Part shown: piece by piece, positions 8,514 to 14,574 of the stretch
Layout: every line of letters starts with the position of its first letter
Numbering within the stretch: position 1 is the stretch's first letter
NCBI GenBank assembly: GCA_016841905.1
Contig: JAENYF010000003.1
Coordinates: 1-24,000, forward strand
DNA: 24,000 nt
Direction of reading: 5' to 3'
Source of the DNA: Desulfoscipio geothermicus
GTDB taxonomy: Bacteria; Bacillota; Desulfotomaculia; Desulfotomaculales; Desulfallaceae
Notes under the pieces: generated by a model
Databases searched by the model: none
What the model saw: the letters and a program-made list of their open reading frames with translations, nothing else
What the model was told of the DNA's origin: nothing
Position numbers and translations under genes: made by a program

Positions 8514-9764
8514 ATGTCCTGCTCATATGTTAATAAACTTACCTGGGGCGTAGCTATTTTACTTGTTTTAACGGTTATAGCCTGCACTGCGGCATATGCC
8601 GACGGTGAAGCAATGCCGGCTTCCTCAACAACCGAATCCCTCAGCGCAGTGGAGGGTGCTTACGTGGAGGTAGCAGACGAGGAAAGCGGCGAGAAGATTT
8701 CCCTGGATCTGCGGGGTGTGGATTTAAGAGACGCGCTATCCGCGCTGGCCATGGAGATGAACGCCAATATTATCCTGCTGGACCCCAAACCCGTTAAAGT
8801 AAACTTCCAGGCAGATAATACCACCGCCAGGCAGGCCCTGGAATTAATCATCCAGTCTCAGGAACTGGCCTATCTGCAAAACGGCCAGATCATCGTGGTC
8901 GGCCCGGCTGATAAATTGAAAAAGGATTTTTTTAACCAGATGATTTTAACCAGGTTTAGCCTTTTTTACATACCGCCGTCTGAAATGAAGACCTTGCTGG
9001 GCGAACTGGGATTGGATATGACGGCTATTACCGTAAATACCAACGAGAACGCCATTTGGGTGCAGGGCACTGCCCAGGCGTTAAAAAAAGTGCGGGAAAT
9101 AATATATTCGGTGGACAACATGGAAAACCAGGTTTCCCTGGAGCATAAAACCGCTACCCTGACTCAGGTATCTCCGGAAAGGGCCGTGGAATTACTGGCC
9201 GGTGTCGGGGTGGAACTAAAACGCTACGTGCTGCTGGATAACCGGCTGCTGGTATTTGACACCGAAGTGCTCTCCCGCTGGGAGCAGGTGCAAACCATGA
9301 TCGAACAGCTGGATATTCAGGCTGCCAATAAGAACAAGGTGTTTGTATTCCAGCTCAAAAACATAGCAGCCGGTGATGCTGCGGATAGGTTGGAGGAATT
9401 TGGTTTTAGTGAAGTAAAAACCATTGCTTACAACTATGACCGGTTCGGGCATGAATTGATGGTGATCTGCCCACCGTATTTGGAAACCCAGCTGCGCAGC
9501 GCTTTGGTGAGCATGGACACAACCCGTCAGGCAACCAGGGCACCGGTATTAAAAGAATCCGGGGAAAATGCCCATACTAGATTAAGCGCTATGCGTGATT
9601 TACTTAGCGAGTTATCAGGTGTGCCTGTAGCACAGCTTCATATATCAAGGAACCTTTCCGGGGATAAGGATAATCCGGAGTATGTACTCTGGGTGGAGGA
9701 AACACCGGATAAGATTCAGTTGGTTAAGGATTTGATTGACGAGATGGGGGATAAGAAAAATTAG
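8514..9764 (+). CDS. Secretin N-terminal-domain protein (STN/N0 plus several N1-like repeats) lacking the secretin beta-barrel domain
   Basis: A signal peptide with a possible lipobox VIAC or an AYA/D cleavage site. The N0-like stretch is ISLDLRGVDLRDALSALAMEMNANIIL...ARQALELIIQSQELAYLQNGQIIVVGP. N1-like repeats include TRFSLFYIPPSEMKTLLG...IWVQGTAQALKKVREIIYSVD and VFVFQLKNIAAGDAADRLEEFG. The protein ends with no barrel domain. ATG 8514 follows GAAGGAGGGGG. Confidence 0.6.
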   Translation: MSCSYVNKLTWGVAILLVLTVIACTAAYADGEAMPASSTTESLSAVEGAYVEVADEESGEKISLDLRGVDLRDALSALAMEMNANIILLDPKPVKVNFQADNTTARQALELIIQSQELAYLQNGQIIVVGPADKLKKDFFNQMILTRFSLFYIPPSEMKTLLGELGLDMTAITVNTNENAIWVQGTAQALKKVREIIYSVDNMENQVSLEHKTATLTQVSPERAVELLAGVGVELKRYVLLDNRLLVFDTEVLSRWEQVQTMIEQLDIQAANKNKVFVFQLKNIAAGDAADRLEEFGFSEVKTIAYNYDRFGHELMVICPPYLETQLRSALVSMDTTRQATRAPVLKESGENAHTRLSAMRDLLSELSGVPVAQLHISRNLSGDKDNPEYVLWVEETPDKIQLVKDLIDEMGDKKN

Positions 9765-9805
9765 CCAAAAATTTTGGTTAAATGTGTCTAAAAACGAGTG
9801 CGATC

Positions 9806-9814
9806 TGATATAAT
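9806..9814 (+). promoter_or_regulatory. Candidate extended -10 promoter element for pilA
   Basis: TGaTATAAT at 9806-9814, about 65 nt upstream of the pilA ATG. A second TGgTAAAAT is at 9820-9828. There is no good -35. Sequence match only. Confidence 0.3.
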
Positions 9815-9878
9815 GATTTTGGTAAAATGTGCTTTAACCCCTATCGGGGTGAAATTTCATAAAAAAGGAGGTGAAAAA

Positions 9879-10319
9879 ATGTATCAAAAAATTTGTCGTG
9901 CGCTGAGGAACCGTAAAGGGTTCACTCTGGTTGAATTGATGGTGGTTGTGATCATCATTGGTATTTTGGTGGCAATTGCTATTCCGATTTATAATAACGT
10001 TCAAATTAATGCGAAGATAAACGCTCATAACGCAAATGTGCGTACACTTCAAGGGGCTGCCGCAATGATGTATTCAGAGAATGCACCATTATCGGGGGAT
10101 AAAACATGGGCAGCTTCTGACGCCGGTACAACTGCAACAGACTGGAAAAGTTATTTAGCAAAGTATCCAACTAACCCCATTGGTGCTACCATTCCTACTG
10201 GTTATAGTGTTGTCAGTGGTAGCGGTGGAGCTTGGGCAGATGGGTATACGGTTTCGATTACTACTGCCGGTGTTGTAACTGTTACACCGGGTATGCTAGA
10301 AAAAACTGAATCTGAATAA
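9879..10319 (+). CDS. pilA: Major type IV pilin (prepilin with class III signal peptide)
   Basis: AAGGAGGTG lies 7 nt upstream of ATG 9879. Leader MYQKICRALRNRKG is followed by FTLVELMVVVIIIGILVAIAIPIY (G-1, F+1, E+5). It is small, has no cysteines and carries a T/G/S-rich C-terminal half. Confidence 0.9.
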   Translation: MYQKICRALRNRKGFTLVELMVVVIIIGILVAIAIPIYNNVQINAKINAHNANVRTLQGAAAMMYSENAPLSGDKTWAASDAGTTATDWKSYLAKYPTNPIGATIPTGYSVVSGSGGAWADGYTVSITTAGVVTVTPGMLEKTESE

Positions 10320-10326
10320 AGCTAAG

Positions 10327-10356
10327 GGTGCCAGGCACCAAACTTATTAACTTATT
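10327..10356 (+). repeat. REP-like unit copy 1 (GGTGCCAGGCACC palindrome plus AACTTATT x2)
   Basis: GGTGCCAGGCACCAAACTTATTAACTTATT starts 8 nt after the pilA stop. It is the same unit as copies 2-7 below. Confidence 0.8.
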
Positions 10357-10410
10357 CTTTTCTATTATCTAATTATCTGTATCTAATAGTTTAATTAGTT
10401 GCTATTAATT

Positions 10411-10457
10411 AATACGCACTCGAGCAGAAATTAGGGGGTGCGTATTTTATTTTTTTT
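10411..10457 (+). terminator. Rho-independent terminator of pilA
   Basis: AATACGCAC (10411-10419) pairs with GTGCGTATT (10438-10446) around an 18-nt loop, followed by TTATTTTTTTT. Confidence 0.6.
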
Positions 10458-10499
10458 CAATGCATTTTTTTCATGCCTTCGGTTCACAAGCTTGCTGAA

Positions 10500-10566
10500 C
10501 ACCGTATAGTGTGCCAGGCACCTAACTTATCAACTTATTATTGTAATAAGTTTGGTGCCTGGCACC
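10500..10566. repeat. REPIN-like inverted doublet of the REP-like unit (copies 2 and 3)
   Basis: 10511-10530 GTGCCAGGCACCTAACTTAT pairs with 10546-10565 ATAAGTTTGGTGCCTGGCAC at 19 of 20 positions, with a 15-nt loop. The segment 10500-10543 is 44/44 identical to 11779-11822. Confidence 0.8.
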
Positions 10567-10592
10567 TTTTCAAGGAAGGATGACTATAGTTA

Positions 10593-10841
10593 ATGCACAT
10601 CAATGATTTACTTAAACAAGCAGTTGTTCGGGGTGCCTCTGACTTGCATATTATGGCGGGAGTTGCGCCTTTACTAAGAATAAATGGTGAGCTGACTTCA
10701 TTAAACTTCCCACTGTTTACAGCGGATAATACTCTAGAATTGGCCAGGCAAATACTTAACACGGAAAAACTAAACGTGCTAGAGCAGTTTGGTGAGGTGG
10801 ATTTGTCCACTGAATGCCAGGGTTTGGGGTATTTCCGGGTT
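10593..10841 (+). pseudogene. pilT: Truncated second pilT (N-terminal ~83 codons only)
   Basis: MHINDLLKQAVVRGASDLHIMAGVAPLLRINGEL...GYFRV aligns with the N-terminus of the intact PilT (GSDLHINAGVCPVVRVNGEL...SRFRG). Similarity stops at about 10841, and the frame then runs into REP copy 4. No Walker A or any later motif is present. Confidence 0.75.
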
Positions 10842-10864
10842 AAGAAGCTCATTGGAAGCTCATT

Positions 10865-10897
10865 GGTGCCAGGCACCCAACTTGTTAACTTATTATT
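10865..10897 (+). repeat. REP-like unit copy 4 (left boundary of the RAYT array)
   Basis: GGTGCCAGGCACCCAACTTGTTAACTTATTATT. It is directly preceded by a tandem 11-bp duplication of GAAGCTCATTG (10844-10854 and 10855-10865). Confidence 0.8.
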
Positions 10898-10906
10898 GAA
10901 AGCAGA

Positions 10907-10939
10907 AACACCTCTTGTTAAAATGTAACAAGGGGTGTT
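10907..10939 (+). promoter_or_regulatory. 5'-UTR hairpin sequestering the RBS of the RAYT gene
   Basis: AACACCTCTTGTTA (10907-10920) pairs with TAACAAGGGGTGTT (10926-10939) over 14 bp with one G-U pair and a 5-nt loop. The 3' arm contains the SD AAGGGGTG, 7 nt before TTG 10945. Paralogous hairpins lie at 11831-11863 and 11986-12019. Confidence 0.5.
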
Positions 10940-10944
10940 GATTT

Positions 10945-11778
10945 TTGGGTAGGAAACCACGAGTAGAATATTCAGGAGCTTTATACCATGTGATACAACG
11001 TGGAAACAATAGAGAGTACATATTTGAAAAAAGTGAAGATAAGATGTTTTTGTTAAATGAAATTAAAGAAAGAACAACAAACACCGGGTTAAAGCTTTAC
11101 GGTTATGTAATTATGGATAATCATTATCATCTAGTTTTGCAGGTTGGAGATGACCCGTTAAGCAAGCTAATGCACTTTATCAACAGTAGCTATGGCCGCT
11201 ATTATAACCGCGAACATAATCGTACAGGGCATGTATACGATGGCCGTTACAAAGCTATACATATTCAGAATGAAAAATATCTCTTGGCAGTACTAAGGTA
11301 TGTGCACCGGAACCCGGTACAGGCCGGCATATGTGCTCAAGTTAACAAATACAGATGGAGCAGCGACATGTATTACCGCTATAATCGAGAAGGTTTTGTT
11401 GATATAGATTTGCTGTTGGGTATATTATCCAATGATAGGAAAAAAGCAATAATGCATTATACTTCATTTATGGATCAGGAAGATAGTACTGATTATGAAT
11501 GTGGAGAAGTAATTGGCGATAAATCTTTTATGACCTCAATTATTCCACCTAAACAGGAAATTGTTAAAAAGAGCTTGGATGAAATTTTAACCGATACCGG
11601 TGTCTGTTCTACAGATTTTGTGTTAATAAAAAACGGCTCAAGAAAAAGACACCTTGTAAAATACAAAGTGAGCTATGCTGAAGCAGCGTTAAAACAGAAA
11701 TATACCTACAAGAGCATAGGTGAGAATATTAACCTTTCAGCTACTGCAATTTCCAAGCTATTGAGTAGAGTTGATTAG
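10945..11778 (+). CDS. REP-associated tyrosine (Y1, HUH) transposase-like protein, IS200/IS605 TnpA superfamily (RAYT-like), with a C-terminal DnaA-C/Trp-repressor-like HTH
   Basis: Motifs are RKPRVEYSGALYHVIQRGNNREYIF, the HUH motif in YVIMDNHYHLVLQ, GHVYDGRYKA, and a catalytic Tyr context RYVHRNPVQAG...YRWSS. The C-terminal segment SRKRHLVKYKVSYAEAALKQKYTYKSIGENINLSATAISKLL looks like an HTH. The start is TTG. Confidence 0.85.
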   Translation: MGRKPRVEYSGALYHVIQRGNNREYIFEKSEDKMFLLNEIKERTTNTGLKLYGYVIMDNHYHLVLQVGDDPLSKLMHFINSSYGRYYNREHNRTGHVYDGRYKAIHIQNEKYLLAVLRYVHRNPVQAGICAQVNKYRWSSDMYYRYNREGFVDIDLLLGILSNDRKKAIMHYTSFMDQEDSTDYECGEVIGDKSFMTSIIPPKQEIVKKSLDEILTDTGVCSTDFVLIKNGSRKRHLVKYKVSYAEAALKQKYTYKSIGENINLSATAISKLLSRVD

Positions 11779-11822
11779 CACCGTATAGTGTGCCAGGCAC
11801 CTAACTTATCAACTTATTATTG
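11779..11822 (+). repeat. REP-like unit copy 5
   Basis: CACCGTATAGTGTGCCAGGCACCTAACTTATCAACTTATTATTG starts immediately after the RAYT stop. It is identical to 10500-10543. Confidence 0.8.
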
Positions 11823-11868
11823 AAAGAATTAACACCTCTTGTTAGAATATAGCAGGAGGTGTTAATTT

Positions 11869-11928
11869 TTGGGCAGGAAACCACGAGTAGAGTATTCAGT
11901 AGCTTTATATCATGTGATACAGCGATGA
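11869..11928 (+). pseudogene. RAYT gene 5' stub (19 codons plus stop)
   Basis: LGRKPRVEYSVALYHVIQR* preceded by the same hairpin and RBS architecture. Similarity to the full copy is lost near 11935, where REP copy 6 begins. Confidence 0.7.
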
Positions 11929-11940
11929 AACAAAAAGAAA

Positions 11941-11976
11941 TAGTGTGCCAGGCACCCAACTTATTAACTTATTATT
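11941..11976 (+). repeat. REP-like unit copy 6
   Basis: TAGTGTGCCAGGCACCCAACTTATTAACTTATTATT. It is the exact inverted partner of copy 7. Confidence 0.8.
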
Positions 11977-12024
11977 GAAAGCAGAAACACCTCCTGTTAA
12001 AATATTATCAGGAGGTGTTAATTT

Positions 12025-12582
12025 TTGGACAGGAAACCAAGAGTATAGTATTCAGGAGCTTTATACCATGTGATACAGCGTGGAAACAATAGAGAGTACA
12101 TATTTGAAAAAAGTGAAGATAAGATGTTTTTGTTAAATGAAATTAAAGAAAGAACAACAAACACCGGGTTAAAGCTTTACGGTTATGTAATTATGGATAA
12201 TCATTACCACTTAGTTTTGCAGGTTGAAGATGTCCCGTTAAGCAAGTTGATGCACTTTATCAACAGTAGCTATGGCCGCTATTATAACCGTGAACATATT
12301 GATATAGATTTGCTGTTGGGCATATTATCCAATGATAGGGAAAAAGCAATTATGCATTATACTTCATTTATGGATCAGGAAGATAGTACTGATTATGAAT
12401 GTGGAGAAGTAATTGGCGATAAATCTTTTATGACCTCAATTATTCCACCTAAACAGGAAATTGTTAAAAAGAGCTTGGATGAAATTTTAACTGATACTGG
12501 TGTCTGTTCTTACAAGAGCATAGGCGAGAATATTAACCTTTCAGCTGCGGCAATTTCCAAGCTATTGAGTGGAGTTGATTAG
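12025..12582 (+). pseudogene. Decayed RAYT copy (nonsense codon plus two in-frame deletions)
   Basis: It is near-identical to 10945-11778 but has TAG at codon 8 (12046-12048). One deletion joins YNREH to IDIDLLLG, removing GHVYDGRY...RYVHRNP and so the catalytic Tyr. A second deletion removes TDFVLIKNGSRKRHLVKYKVSYAEAALKQKYT. ORF-track entry 12070-12582 is the re-opened remnant. Confidence 0.8.
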
Positions 12583-12598
12583 ACTATAAAGGTTGTCT

Positions 12599-12627
12599 AT
12601 AAGTTAATAAGTTGGGTGCCTGGCACC
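12599..12627 (-). repeat. REP-like unit copy 7 (inverted; right boundary of the array)
   Basis: ATAAGTTAATAAGTTGGGTGCCTGGCACC is the reverse complement of the core of copy 6 (GGTGCCAGGCACCCAACTTATTAACTTAT). Confidence 0.8.
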
Positions 12628-12634
12628 TTATTCT

Positions 12635-12662
12635 TTGATTAACTATTTAATTATGGTATAAT
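12635..12662 (+). promoter_or_regulatory. Candidate sigma-A promoter with extended -10
   Basis: TTGATT (12635-12640), a 16-bp spacer containing TG (12654-12655), then TATAAT (12657-12662), about 25-40 nt upstream of the next CDS. Confidence 0.45.
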
Positions 12663-12685
12663 CCCAATAAAGATGTATAATTTTT

Positions 12686-14320
12686 ATGGAGGTGGTCCGC
12701 TTGTTCAAAAGAACCCTGTTAAATGTTTTATTGGCTGTATCTTTATGTTTTTGTGTGGTTTTGTCTACCAGTGCGGCGCAACCTACTGCGAAAGACCTGG
12801 TCATAGCCAGCATTAAAAACTTTGATTTAGGTGTTGACAAAGGCTTTTACGAAAAGTCTGAGGATGTAACCAGTATTAAGATTACTGAGTTTGACGGGAG
12901 CGTTACTAAAGAGATAGGCCAATTTAAAGGTGCGTCTATTGACCTTTTATCAAAACTAGATGCAGCTAATAATGTTATTAAAGTTAGCTATACCACAGAC
13001 ATTGATGGTAATAAACACAACGGCGATATCTATTTAAAAGATGATAAGGTTATCTTAAATAAAGATATCTTTATCTTACTTAAAGAATTCGGGCTCGATG
13101 CATTTAAGGATAACCCTACCATTTTAGAACAAAGTCCTGAGTACCTATATTTATCTAATGAACAGCTTAAGAGTGTCTGGGAACAGATGCTAAGTTATCA
13201 AAACCAGCAACTACCCGAGGAATACAAAGATTTACTGCTTTTCCTGGTGGAAGCCATACCGGATCAGTATTTCAGCCTATCTGCCAGCAAAGTTACTTTA
13301 CAATTAGACCAAAACGGTTTTGAAGATGTTATATACAACCTGTTAACTAAAATAAAAAATGAGAAAGATAGAGCAGCCGACATTGTAGTTAATTTAAACA
13401 AATACAGTTATGAACAGATGGGAGTTACTCCGGAGCAAATAAAACAATCAATTATTACCGGCATTGACAGCATGCCTGTTATATCCCGGGAGCAAATAAA
13501 ACTGTTTAGCAGCTTCGTGGAAGTCAATGATTTTATTTATGAGGCGTCTCTTATACCCGGCGGGCAGAAAAACTTTAATCTGGACCTAGGCTTTAAATCT
13601 CCCGACGGCTCAGTGGGAGGACAGCTTGCCGTTGTTATAGACAGTGTCGGGACAAAAGATAACCTGGAAGGCACTTACAATATTTCAGGTAACTTTAATG
13701 CTCAAGACGGCCCCCAGTTTAATTTTGAAATGAATTGTTTGTGTAATTACCAAGCAGAGGCCGCTTATACCGATACCACTGTCAAGGCGACAGCTAAAAA
13801 TAATACCACCGGTGAATTATTATTAAACTTTGCTGCTACAGCTGATTCCACCACTAAAGTTAATCATAACCTGGTTGTAAATGCACCGGAATTAAATGCC
13901 GCTAATAGTACCGATATAACATCTTTAATTCCGGGACCGGAGCAGGTAACTGTAATCGAACCACCCATTACTGAGGAAACCGGTTCAATAGTTATAGTAA
14001 ACGGAAATATCATCGATACTGAAGTGAAACCTGCAATTAAAGACAACAAACATCCCATAGTGCCGGCCAGAGCTGTATTGGAAGCACTGGGCTGTGGGGT
14101 TAAATGGTATGCTCCCAATGAGGTGCACATCACCGCAGGTGATAAAACAATTTTAGTATTTATTAATGAAAGCAAATATAAGGTCAACGGGCTGGAAAAA
14201 GCTTTAAGTGTACCGGCCTACCTTGAAGCAGGTCGCACAATGATTCCGACCAGCCTTATTGATGAGGAATTAGGTGCTGTAATTGAACTGGTTAACGGAG
14301 CTGTAGTTATAACAAAATAA
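12686..14320 (+). CDS. Secreted protein with a C-terminal copper amine oxidase N-terminal-like (stalk) domain; N-terminal ~440 aa of unknown function
   Basis: Signal peptide is LLNVLLAVSLCFCVVLSTSAA. The C-terminus IVIVNGNIID...IVPARAVLEALGCGVKWYAPNEVHITAGDKTILVFINESKYKVNG...GRTMIPTSLIDEELGAVIEL matches the Cu_amine_oxidN1 repeat pattern. The start may instead be TTG 12701, behind GGAGGTGG. Confidence 0.8.
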   Translation: MEVVRLFKRTLLNVLLAVSLCFCVVLSTSAAQPTAKDLVIASIKNFDLGVDKGFYEKSEDVTSIKITEFDGSVTKEIGQFKGASIDLLSKLDAANNVIKVSYTTDIDGNKHNGDIYLKDDKVILNKDIFILLKEFGLDAFKDNPTILEQSPEYLYLSNEQLKSVWEQMLSYQNQQLPEEYKDLLLFLVEAIPDQYFSLSASKVTLQLDQNGFEDVIYNLLTKIKNEKDRAADIVVNLNKYSYEQMGVTPEQIKQSIITGIDSMPVISREQIKLFSSFVEVNDFIYEASLIPGGQKNFNLDLGFKSPDGSVGGQLAVVIDSVGTKDNLEGTYNISGNFNAQDGPQFNFEMNCLCNYQAEAAYTDTTVKATAKNNTTGELLLNFAATADSTTKVNHNLVVNAPELNAANSTDITSLIPGPEQVTVIEPPITEETGSIVIVNGNIIDTEVKPAIKDNKHPIVPARAVLEALGCGVKWYAPNEVHITAGDKTILVFINESKYKVNGLEKALSVPAYLEAGRTMIPTSLIDEELGAVIELVNGAVVITK

Positions 14321-14333
14321 TATAAGCGATAAA

Positions 14334-14379
14334 AACCAATCCGCCGCGATGCAAGCTAAAAACGGCGGGTTGGTTTTTT
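14334..14379 (+). terminator. Rho-independent terminator
   Basis: AACCAATCCGCCG (14334-14346) pairs with CGGCGGGTTGGTT (14363-14375) over 13 bp with one G-U pair, followed by TTTT. Confidence 0.75.
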
Positions 14380-14574
14380 GCTATTTAAAAATGTTTTATT
14401 ATTACATAGTGAAATTTAGACGCTCACCAGGGATATTCATGTGTAGCAGACCTATGTTAGTTCTAAGATATTTTAATAAAATACGAGAATCAAAATAATT
14501 GCTAAGTATTTAATTAATAATATAATTTTTTGGTATATAATTTTATTACATAAGCTTTGACTGGGGGCAACATC

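Larger units (their letters stand above)
10865..12627 (+). mobile_element. Composite RAYT/REP array (three tandem RAYT units bounded by inverted REP-like units)
   Basis: The unit structure REP - hairpin/RBS - TTG-RAYT repeats three times (intact, stub, decayed). The outermost REP-like units are in inverted orientation, and the array abuts the truncated pilT. Confidence 0.6.

Noticed and set aside
8514-9764. Calling this gene pilQ (a full secretin)
   Set aside because: Only N0/N1-type domains are visible. The C-terminal ~90 aa look like another small alpha/beta repeat, not the secretin beta-barrel. It is therefore reported as an N-domain-only protein.
10593-10928. ORF-track 111-aa ORF as an intact small gene
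   Set aside because: The first ~83 residues are a PilT N-terminus. The remaining residues are translated REP-like repeat and RAYT leader sequence, so it is a truncated pseudogene.
10538-11084. Minus-strand ORFs of 140 aa and 63 aa
   Set aside because: They are antisense to the pilT fragment and the RAYT 5' region and run through the palindromic repeats. They show no motifs.
12070-12582. 170-aa ORF as a functional short transposase
   Set aside because: It is the re-opened remnant of a copy with an upstream nonsense codon. It lacks the GHxxxGRY...YxHxNP catalytic Tyr region and part of the HTH.
10327-12627. CRISPR array interpretation of the seven repeated palindromic units
   Set aside because: Spacing is irregular, from 2 bp to more than 1 kb. 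Orientations are mixed, the intervening sequences are themselves repeated coding sequence, and there are no cas genes.
14500-14545. Promoter for the minor-pilin operon (TGgTATATAAT at 14531-14541)
   Set aside because: An extended -10-like element exists, but I could not find a -35, and the whole region is so AT-rich that such matches are expected by chance. It is left unannotated.
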